From positions 1 through 38,967 of the forward strand of contig JBBRXO010000014.1 of NCBI GenBank assembly GCA_038248345.1: DNA of 38,967 nucleotides, read 5' to 3'. Of the stretch, positions 1 to 8,200 are shown piece by piece; position 1 is the stretch's first letter, and every line of letters begins with the position of its first letter. The notes under the pieces are model-generated. The model had not been told where the DNA came from. It saw only the letters and a list, made by a program, of their open reading frames with translations, and searched no databases. This DNA comes from Armatimonadota bacterium (GTDB lineage Bacteria; Armatimonadota; Hebobacteria; CAIYQO01). The position numbers were made by a program, and so were the translations under genes.

Positions 1-1
1 T

Positions 2-181
2 AAAGGGGCATATCGATTTTTTACGCATAATAAGGTGACGCTGGAGAGTGTGATAGCTCCGCACCAGGATGCAACTTTGATGCGTATTGCGCTTGAGGAG
101 TGGGTAGGTTTTCAACGCGTTATGGACTACGCCCGGGCCTGGGAGGCCTTCGGCCCGGAAAAGCAACTATGTGGAAACTAA
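2..181 (+). pseudogene. Internally deleted IS4-family (IS50/Tn5-like) transposase remnant, 5' end beyond the window
   Basis: Not in the ORF track. Frame 2 reads KGAYRFFTHNKVTLESVIAPHQDATLMRIALEE-WVGFQRVMDYARAWEAFGPEKQLCGN*. The first part resembles the Tn5-type N-terminal DNA-binding segment (AYRFF..N.KV....I.APH...T..R). The second resembles the IS50-group C-terminal tail (W.G.QR..D.A.AW..FGP). No DDE core lies between them. Confidence 0.75.
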
Positions 182-182
182 G

Positions 183-201
183 ACTTATGGGTAATAGACA
201 G
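183..201 (-). mobile_element. IS50/Tn5-like 19-bp terminal inverted repeat (right end)
   Basis: Reverse complement is CTGTCTATTACCCATAAGT, similar to Tn5 OE CTGACTCTTATACACAAGT and mosaic end CTGTCTCTTATACACATCT. It directly follows the transposase-remnant stop. Confidence 0.7.
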
Positions 202-339
202 GGTTTCGCCCGGGGCTATTGTTAGTAGCTCACTATTTGGTTATTATCCGTAGTAGCCCGTTCTATTGAACACCAACCGGGGCAGGCGGGACGCCATTCG
301 AGAACCTCATGACCTTCGGCCTGCGCTCCCAGGGATCCA

Positions 340-801
340 TCATTCTCCCACTTCTACAATTACCTCGATCTCCACACAGGCGTCGAGCGGCAGCACGCAT
401 GCGCCCACTGCCGCGCGGGCATGCGCACCTTTGTCGCCGAAGACCGCGGCGAGCAATTCCGAGGCTCCGTTGGCCACGGCGGGTTGTGCGGTGAAGCACG
501 GGGTGCTGGCTACATGCACAGCGATGCGCACAATGCGGGTGATTTTAGCCAGCCCCACCGTCGCCTCCAAGATAGCCAGTGCGTTCAGCGTAGCCTGCTG
601 TGCGGCTTTCTGGCCGGTCTCCGGCGAGACGTTGAAGCCCAGCTTGCCGGTATATTCCGCCGGTAGCTTTCCATCTACCAACGGCAATTGCCCGCTGACA
701 AAGAGTAAATTTCCGGTGCGCACCGCCGGCACATACGCCCCGATAGGCGTCGGGGCGGCAGGTAAGGTAAGACCTAATGTGGCAATTTTAGCTAACGGCA
801 T
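340..801 (-). CDS. RidA/YjgF/YER057c/UK114 family protein (Rid1-like)
   Basis: Motifs LPAAPTPIGAYVPAVRTGNLLFVSGQLP, VANGASELL, HARAAVG and VEIE. Start moved from 813 to ATG 801, which follows a GGAGG ribosome-binding site. Confidence 0.92.
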   Translation of the reverse strand: MPLAKIATLGLTLPAAPTPIGAYVPAVRTGNLLFVSGQLPLVDGKLPAEYTGKLGFNVSPETGQKAAQQATLNALAILEATVGLAKITRIVRIAVHVASTPCFTAQPAVANGASELLAAVFGDKGAHARAAVGACVLPLDACVEIEVIVEVGE

Positions 802-930
802 ATTTCCCTCCATTTATTGGCTGATGACCAATCAACCAGTATTATTTGACAAATTATACAGGATAGCACGGCTACACCGCCATATGGATTGATTCAGAAG
901 ATTATCGTTGGCGTTATCCTGCCTGTAACA

Positions 931-1746
931 TTAATGTTCATGTTCATGCCCCACTATGTGCTGGTGGGGATGCTGGTGCGTGGTGTCACCGTGGTGATGT
1001 GGATGCTGGTGTACCAGATTCACGCGCTGCAGTAGTTCCATGTTGTTCTGCAACGATTCCGCAGGCATTTCGGCGGCAACGCGGTGGTCTTCGCCCAGTA
1101 GCAGGCAACGGTCTGCCAGGTGGGGGATCAGTTCCAGGTCGTGGGTGGCGGTGATGAGCGTCATACCACCAGTGCTAAGCTTCTCCAGCATCTCCAGCAA
1201 GAGCGTTTGGCTCCGTGGATCCAGTCCGGCGGTCGGCTCATCCAGGAGCAATACTGTCGGCTGTACCATCAACAACGCCGCCAGCCCCACGCGCTTCTGT
1301 TGGCCATTGCTCAGCGTCTGCGGCGCGCGGTGGCGCAGGTGCGTCAGCTCCAGCAGTGCCAGTGTATCCTCAATGCGTTGCTTGATAATCTCACGCGGCA
1401 GGCGCAATTGAAGTGGGCCGAAGGCCAGCTCCTCCTCTACCGTGGGGCAGAAAAGCATGGCATCGGTGTTCTGGAAGAGGAACCCCACGCGTTGGCGAAA
1501 TACCGGCCCGAAGGGGGGATTATCCACATTCTCCTCGGTCAGCGGGGTGTCGAACGCGGTGATATGGCCGGAGGCGGGGAAGTAGAGCCCGTCCAACAGG
1601 TGTAGCAACGTAGATTTGCCGCAGCCATTGGCCCCCAGCAATGCCAGTCGTTCACCCGGCAGCACGGAAAAGCTCACCTCGATCAGGCACGGTGCGTGGC
1701 CGGGGTAGGCGAAGGTGATACTATCGACTGTGAAAAGGGTGTCCAT
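931..1746 (-). CDS. cbiO: ECF-type cobalt/nickel transporter ATP-binding subunit (CbiO/NikO-like) with His-rich tail
   Basis: Walker A GANGCGKST, Q-loop FQNTD..LF..TVEEELAFGP, signature LSNGQQKRV, Walker B LLLDEPTAGLDP, H-switch ATHD. C-terminus is HQHPHHHGDTTHQHPHQHIVGHEHEH. Confidence 0.88.
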   Translation of the reverse strand: MDTLFTVDSITFAYPGHAPCLIEVSFSVLPGERLALLGANGCGKSTLLHLLDGLYFPASGHITAFDTPLTEENVDNPPFGPVFRQRVGFLFQNTDAMLFCPTVEEELAFGPLQLRLPREIIKQRIEDTLALLELTHLRHRAPQTLSNGQQKRVGLAALLMVQPTVLLLDEPTAGLDPRSQTLLLEMLEKLSTGGMTLITATHDLELIPHLADRCLLLGEDHRVAAEMPAESLQNNMELLQRVNLVHQHPHHHGDTTHQHPHQHIVGHEHEH

Positions 1747-2786
1747 TAATTAATGCCTCGCTCATGCGGAATAACAGGTGGAATTATAGCAGATGTCGCG
1801 CTATTGGTAACACTGGAAAGCGGCGCAAATAGGATCTCGGTTCCATTATACTGGTCGAGGAGTAGTTTGGCGACCTGCTTTGCGCTGCCATCCGGCAGTT
1901 GTAGAGCTTTTACCCGCACGTCTTTCAATACCAGGGTGAGCTGGGCGGACAACTTGTCGACAGCGGGTAAATTAGCGGTAGGATCGGCAAGCTGAGGCAT
2001 GATGAGTAGACTCTGCAGGGATTCGAATTCCGCCAGAGCCGGGTTGCGCCTAGTTTCCCGCTGGGGCATCCAATTGCGCATCAGGGAGATGATCTCCCCC
2101 ATTGTCTCCTCCCGTAGCGCGTCTAATTCTACGCCGGGCGTGAGTATTTGCACGCTTTTCCCCCGTTGCGCATCACGATATGCCAGCAGGGTTTCGTCCC
2201 AAAGGCTGATGGCGCCACGCAAGGCATCCAATTGCTGCGCCCGTGTCGGGGCAAAACTGGCGGCGTCGGTATCATTCACCCAGCTACGGTAAAACAGATA
2301 CGAGGAGCAGGCATCCCGATAAGATTCAATCGTAATCAGCGAAGCCTTCGCCCCATATATTTTCAGGTATTTATCGAACGGCAACCGTCCTGCCTGCTCC
2401 CAGTTCAATCCCGTGACGATATCCGTTTCCCGGGGCATTGATTGTCGCTCCGGCGTATTCCAGAGTGGTCGCGGCTCGGTCATTTCCATTGTTCCGCCAT
2501 TGCCGACCTGCACCGTCACGGTTTGTAGAGGTTTGGCAGACCAGCTTTTGCGGATCCAACTGCCTACCCCCACCAGTGTCAAAATGATGAATACACCAGC
2601 GCAGGTATGCATCCAAAGCCCCTGTCCGGGGAGATGGCGGATGTGGTGACATTGCCGGCCAGCGCGCTCCCAACAGCGGCTATGGTACTTCGCCCCGCAC
2701 TCCTCCGGGCAGGTCACGTTCAGGATAGAGTTCAGCAGCAATCTACCACACCGCCGGCAGCGTTCATGTTTATGGGTTTGGTCCAA
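1746..2786 (-). CDS. Hypothetical membrane-anchored protein with N-terminal Cys/His zinc finger (prokaryotic RING-like)
   Basis: CRRC...CPEECGAKYHSRCWERAGRQC, then a hydrophobic helix (AGVFIILTLVGVGSWI) and a helical C-terminal region. TTG start follows AAGGA; the stop overlaps the cbiO ATG (TAATG). Confidence 0.7.
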   Translation of the reverse strand: MDQTHKHERCRRCGRLLLNSILNVTCPEECGAKYHSRCWERAGRQCHHIRHLPGQGLWMHTCAGVFIILTLVGVGSWIRKSWSAKPLQTVTVQVGNGGTMEMTEPRPLWNTPERQSMPRETDIVTGLNWEQAGRLPFDKYLKIYGAKASLITIESYRDACSSYLFYRSWVNDTDAASFAPTRAQQLDALRGAISLWDETLLAYRDAQRGKSVQILTPGVELDALREETMGEIISLMRNWMPQRETRRNPALAEFESLQSLLIMPQLADPTANLPAVDKLSAQLTLVLKDVRVKALQLPDGSAKQVAKLLLDQYNGTEILFAPLSSVTNSATSAIIPPVIPHERGIN

Positions 2787-2833
2787 TTGTGATCCTTTGT
2801 ACTACATGAAATCGCGAAACCTTATCTTGGCCT

Positions 2834-3050
2834 TTCACCACGCCCTAAAGGATGTGGCTAACAACTGCAAGCACCCTGAAGGGCGCTATCATCATTTGCC
2901 CGTTCGTGGCATGGGCGTCCCCGCCCATGAGATGTGCATCCAATAATAAACATCGAAACAGTTATAGATGCGCATACCGCGCATCCCTACGGCAATCCGA
3001 CAGTAACTAGTATTTGCCCGTTCTCATGGGCGCAAGCCTTGCGCCCCTAC
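2834..3050. repeat. Cluster of REP-like palindromes from several families
   Basis: Double-hairpin unit 2834-2890 (ttcaccacgccctaaaggatgtggcta...aagcaccctgaagggcgctatc) recurs at 15035-15088 and inverted at 15136-15191. CGTGGCATGGGCGTCCCCGCCCATG at 2905-2929 recurs at 38531-38555. GTAG-tailed hairpins lie on the minus strand at 2967-2990 and 3028-3050. Confidence 0.85.
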
Positions 3051-3056
3051 TACTCC

Positions 3057-3806
3057 TTATTTTTTCGGTTCGTCCTTAACTTCCAGATTCAGCTCGATGT
3101 TGCCGTTATCTTTGCCGACGATCTCCATCCAGTCGGTTTTAAGGGAGACGCTGACAGTTTCGGCGTTGCTTAGGTCTCTGATCTCCCCTTCGCCCTCATT
3201 CTTCATCTTTACGTTGCCGCGCAGGGTGATAAGTTCGCTTTCCTGCTCGTAGATGCCTTCGTCCGCCCACACGGTGCGTTTTTGCTCTGGTTGGGTGATG
3301 ACTACGTCACTTTTGGCCAGTGCACGCTTGGCAGCGTAATCATAACTGAGCGATTTACACGTAGTGGTACTGGGGGTGCTGATGAAGTTGCCGCTATCGC
3401 CGCTCTTTTTTTTCGGGGTTGCGATCATCTTCACGTTATCCGTGAACTCGGCGCGTCGCGGACTGCTGTAGCCGATAACTTTGTCACCGGTAATCCTTAC
3501 TTGCGGGTCGGTGAAGACCGGGTTGCCGGTACAGGTGAACTCATGCACGCCGTCCGTGCTGCGGATAACGATATTCGCCGCCACAAAAGTTGAGTCACCC
3601 TGGGTGATCGTGGCGCTGGAGACGGTGGTGATGCGCACGTTCCCCTGTTGCGACTCGCTGACGATATGCGGTGCCGAGACATGTAGCTTTTTGTCTTCTG
3701 TCGCAGCAGGCGGGGTGGGGTTAGCCGCCCGCAACGTCGTCCCGGCCGTAAGCAGGGCAAAAATTGCCAGGCTTGATATGACATAGAGCCAATTTGTTCG
3801 TTTCAT
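3057..3806 (-). CDS. LptA/OstA-family periplasmic beta-jellyroll LPS transport protein
   Basis: Signal peptide and repeated OstA-like strands (TGNPVFTD, ITGDKV, DNVKM, SDVVITQ, WADEGIYEQESELITLRGNVKM). Lies directly downstream of an lptC-like gene, with a GGAGG RBS overlapping that gene's end. Confidence 0.78.
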   Translation of the reverse strand: MKRTNWLYVISSLAIFALLTAGTTLRAANPTPPAATEDKKLHVSAPHIVSESQQGNVRITTVSSATITQGDSTFVAANIVIRSTDGVHEFTCTGNPVFTDPQVRITGDKVIGYSSPRRAEFTDNVKMIATPKKKSGDSGNFISTPSTTTCKSLSYDYAAKRALAKSDVVITQPEQKRTVWADEGIYEQESELITLRGNVKMKNEGEGEIRDLSNAETVSVSLKTDWMEIVGKDNGNIELNLEVKDEPKK

Positions 3807-3809
3807 CTT

Positions 3810-4619
3810 TTACCTCCGTGCCGGTATCGGCACCGGCCTGGGATTAGGAGCCGCCGAATTTCCGGTTTGCTCCTGTTGATATTTTGCCGCGCGCTCGCGT
3901 ATTCCTGCCGGAAGTTGTGGTATCTCCGGCAACTGTGCGCCATTTACGATATTGTCAAAGGCAGCGACGTTCATGTCCAGCGTCACCGCGTTATCTAAAG
4001 TTACCCGCTTCGTATTTATTTCAAGCAGTACATTGCCCGCGTTGAGTGTTGCGCCGGGCATTGTCATCTCCAGTAGCCCGGTGGCATTCAACGTCGCCAG
4101 CTTCATATCGTAGTTCACGACTCCGTTAGTGTTAAACTGATACTCACCCGCTGTCACCGATGACTGTTGCTCAAATGTCAGTATCTCCTGTTGCGCATTC
4201 CAGCGGGCGAAGGTTGCCAGCGCGGATATCTTCTCCCCTGTCATAGTTATCGGGCCAGTGATACTCATATCACCAGTATACGTGTTGCGTTCCAGTGTCG
4301 TTGCAGTGAGGGTCATCTCCGTTACTGTTTCATTCAGCGCCACCGCACGGGTGATGCCCGTCATGCGCACTACCGGTCGGTCACGCAGTAGATCAAAACG
4401 CTCAGCTTCAATCTCCCAGACGATTTTGCCGCCGGAGACGCTATGGATACGCACCTTATTGAAGGTCATCTCCATATCATTCGGCCAGGTGGGCGTTTTT
4501 GCGGTTGCGGCATTATGCCGTCCGCGCCACCACCACCAGCCCAGCGCGGCCAGGAGAACTATCGCTATTCCTGCAATCAACCATCGCCACTTTTTCGCCA
4601 CACCTACGCTCCATGTCAT
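3810..4619 (-). CDS. LptC-like LPS export ABC transporter periplasmic protein
   Basis: Single N-terminal TM helix (WLIAGIAIVLLAALGWWWW), then GKIVWEIEAERF and beta-rich strands typical of LptC. Start uncertain (4670 in the track; ATG 4619 or the GTG near 4601 is more likely). Confidence 0.7.
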   Translation of the reverse strand: MTWSVGVAKKWRWLIAGIAIVLLAALGWWWWRGRHNAATAKTPTWPNDMEMTFNKVRIHSVSGGKIVWEIEAERFDLLRDRPVVRMTGITRAVALNETVTEMTLTATTLERNTYTGDMSITGPITMTGEKISALATFARWNAQQEILTFEQQSSVTAGEYQFNTNGVVNYDMKLATLNATGLLEMTMPGATLNAGNVLLEINTKRVTLDNAVTLDMNVAAFDNIVNGAQLPEIPQLPAGIRERAAKYQQEQTGNSAAPNPRPVPIPARR

Positions 4620-4689
4620 ACTGCTATGGCGGCCACCTTCCCGGGCAGCCGCCATTCCTAATCCAAACAATATTTACGTCCGGATGACT

Positions 4690-5139
4690 TTACCAGTTCG
4701 GTGGGGGGGGTGGATTGATGCCACCGCCACCGATCGTCAGATTCAGTGTAACTGTCTGTGCACTAGGAACATCCACTGACCCTTTGCCAACTTGGAAGAT
4801 CTTCACCTGCGCGGTATATATCCCGGAGTAAGTCCCAGCTAAAACTGTAGTAAAGGCAGTCGGATCGGCGAAATTAAGCACCCAGTCACTGGAACCGGAA
4901 ATGTGAGACATCAGCACATTCGGGATGCTGGCGCTGGCGCCGCTGCTGGTGAAAGTAGCAGTAACATTGCCTTCCAACGTCCCGGCAATATCAGCGGCGG
5001 GTGTGTAGATGAGCTGGGTTCCCTGCACTCGCACAGTTCCCAGCGTGCCGGGAGTTGTGGTGGTGCCACCGCAACCGATGATCCCCAGTGCCACCGTTAA
5101 GAGCAGGGCACCGAGTAATACTTGCCATATCCGCATCAT
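4690..5139 (-). CDS. Hypothetical lipoprotein with Gly/Pro-rich C-terminal tail
   Basis: Lipobox (LLLTVALGIIG-C), GAGG RBS, beta-rich body, C-terminus GGGGINPPPPPNW. Confidence 0.8.
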   Translation of the reverse strand: MMRIWQVLLGALLLTVALGIIGCGGTTTTPGTLGTVRVQGTQLIYTPAADIAGTLEGNVTATFTSSGASASIPNVLMSHISGSSDWVLNFADPTAFTTVLAGTYSGIYTAQVKIFQVGKGSVDVPSAQTVTLNLTIGGGGINPPPPPNW

Positions 5140-5297
5140 GTGTATACCTCATCAAATAGTTTTTAGATCGGCCTACTGACCCATCTCAATATAGTATAAC
5201 ACTTCACGACAGTTTTTTGTATTCTTACGGTCATTTTTTATTTTCCACTGGAAGGAAATCCCAGCGCTAAAATGACATGGATACTATTCTCTCACTA

Positions 5298-8200
5298 TTA
5301 TTCTACTGAAACGGCGCTGGTGATGTTTACTGGTCGGTTTGAATTATTGAGACTGTTGAATATCTCTAATTTTGTCACCGCGGCGACGCTATCAAATGCG
5401 GCGGGGAATGTGTAGACCAGGACTCCGTCTAGCCTGACGATGAAGGAGCCGGTAGCAGAGCGCTCAATCTCTAATTTATGCGCACCGGTCCAATTCTTTT
5501 TTACTTCCACGCTGATCCGAGAGGGGTAGATGCCTTCGTCCAGCATCAAATACGTGGGAGCAACACCGCTGCCCGCGCTGCCTGCCTGCAGTCCGACGGT
5601 GCGGCTAGCAGTTTTTCCCAGCCATAATCGAATAAAACAAGTCTCGTTGGCGAAGCCCTTATTCGGCGCGATGGTATAGTCGAATTGTACTTTGAAGGGT
5701 TTATTGGCTGCAGCAACATTGGTCCAACTGGCGGTGGCGCCTACCGGGATGGTCACAGCGCCATTGTTTACCGCCACCCCGGCAGGTTGAGTTGTATCCC
5801 ACACAATGGGGGCAAAACCGCTTTGGATAGCTATGCGTATAGCAGTATTAGGCTGTATTGAGTTATACTTCTCTACTAATGTGCTACAGATGACATTAAT
5901 AGATTTCCCGACAAATTCGTGTGAAAGTGTTAGCGAGGTAATCGCCCCGGTATTTTTATTCAGGGCCGGGAAAGTATAAATCAAAACATCGTCCTGCTTG
6001 AAGGTAAAGTTACCGTCAACAGCACGCTCCACTTCAATGGTATGCGCACCGGTCCAATCAACTGCAGGAGCCGGATTGCCTATATATTTACGTGTATTGT
6101 CATACATGGAATATTGGGGAGGGATTTTACCTCCTTTAGAGATATCCCCGGAAGAAAAAGAGATTGTCCGTGCTTCGTTGTTTAAATTCAGCGTTAGCAA
6201 CATCTTCTGGTTTGGAGTGGTGAACCCGGCATTGGGGATGTCATAAGTCAAGCGTACCTTGGCATTACTATTGGCTGGCGCCACGTTGGTCAGGGTAGCG
6301 ATGGGGACTGCTGCTCCCGCCTCGTTCTTTGCCGGAGTGGGTACAACCCAGATGGCAGCTAAATAGGCACTGCCGGTTTTTGTCTGGTTCCATCTTCCAT
6401 GATCTTTCACGCTGATGGTCATAGATTTGCAAGAGCCGACCTGGAACACAGATTCCCTGGACATCGCTGGATTATTATAACCGGGGTCAACGTTCAACTC
6501 GGGGTTGGTAGTGCTATCGATGATAATATTGTTGGTAGTGTCCTTCACTGTCAAGTCTGCGCCGCCGGAGTTATTAGCGGTCCATGATCCCCAGATGATA
6601 TGAACGGTAGCAGTTTTTTGGGGAGGAAGGTTCAATGTCAAATTGGCGCTAATGGTGCCCCCTTCGGTCTTGGCAGTCTGCTGGAAGCTACACCATTCTG
6701 GGTGGTCTTTGTGTTGGCCTGTCAAAGTAGGTATAATTTGACTCATATCGACGATACCGCCGAGTACGTTTGTCACCGGGCCTCCGGCTACGGGAAAGTT
6801 GATGGCGTAACCAGCGGGTGCCGGAACGGGCCCAATCATGAAGGCAACATCTTCAATCAGTGTGGTAGTGGATTCCCAGGAGCCTGCGATCAAGGAATTG
6901 GCGGGGATGACAGCCGGGATTCTTTCAATATCTTTAGTAGTGACATAGGTCGTAGCATCGGTAGCTTGTGCAGGCCCATCGGCGGCGGCAAGGGGCATGG
7001 TCACCATGCCGTTGTTGCTGGTGATACCAGCAGGTTGGTTCGCATCCCACTGTACCGGGACAAAAGCGCCTTTCAACACAGTGCCAGTCGCCGTCTGCAT
7101 ACCGGGGTTTCCATTGATAAAACGAATCTCCGATAATGCGGCCCCGGCGGTAGCAGTGGCGTCATGATAAGTCGAGTTAATGGTGAGTTTGACATATTTC
7201 GCCGTCACCGGAGTTGCCAGCATCATCGTTTCTCCGAGATAGCCCGTTTCCGTTCCGGGTGCCTGCAACATGGTCACCCTCTGCTCACCCGTGAAGGTTT
7301 TACCATCATCCGAGAAGCTGAGGGTAGCATCTTTTATACCGAATTCCGTCATATTGGCTTCGTTAGTGTTCCAATAATGGACACCAGACAACAGGATAGC
7401 ACCGCCCAGATCAAAGATAATATAGGGGGCTGCGTCGCCGATATTGGCGCTGTAATAGGTATTACTCCCAAATCCGTTATTGCCATGGTCGGGCCATACC
7501 ACCCCTGCCGATGCATCGCCGCCATTACATTCAGTAGCGAGTCCAGAATTGTTGATAGCATTCACTGCATCATCTTCATCAGCATCACGCCATGGAGTTC
7601 TGTCGTCACTGGCGTAGGAGGTAGCGGTGACTGGTTTAACGATCTCTAACGCATATCTATTTATCCCGCCTGCCGGTGGTGTAACTGGTGGCGTGACTGG
7701 TGGTGTAACCGGAGGCGTGACTGGTGGCGTAACCGGCGGCGTAACCGGCGGGTTGATCGGAGTAGTAGGTACGCCGGAAACCGATGGAACGTACGAACTG
7801 CTTCTTTCGAATTGCAGCGGTTGCAGCTTTATCCCGCATAGCGACACTTTGCTATCCGCCGTTATCTTCGTCCAATTACAGTCAACCCTAGTAGTGACAA
7901 CAGATGCGGGGATCACTGTTTCAGCGGAGTACTTCTTCCATTGTTCGCTATCCACCGCAAAGACAACCGGGGTGGCTCCTTGGATATTCATTTGTACGTT
8001 GGTGCCGGGCGTACCCGCAATCCAACACTCTACCCGTGCCTTATTGCCATGGGGAAGTCCGCCCAGCCCCTGCAACGTGAAGATTATCCCATCTTTGTCG
8101 GTGATTAAAATATGCTTCTCGGGCAAATTCAGAACAGGATCCGCGAGGTTCAGGCGCCCGTTCACCAGCGTATACCCGTCTGGTGTCATATCGTTGTCTA

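Noticed and set aside
6310..6980. Intein as the explanation for the inserted segment
   Set aside because: No C-terminal His-Asn followed by Cys/Ser/Thr and no LAGLIDADG motifs. The composition resembles an extracellular beta-domain.
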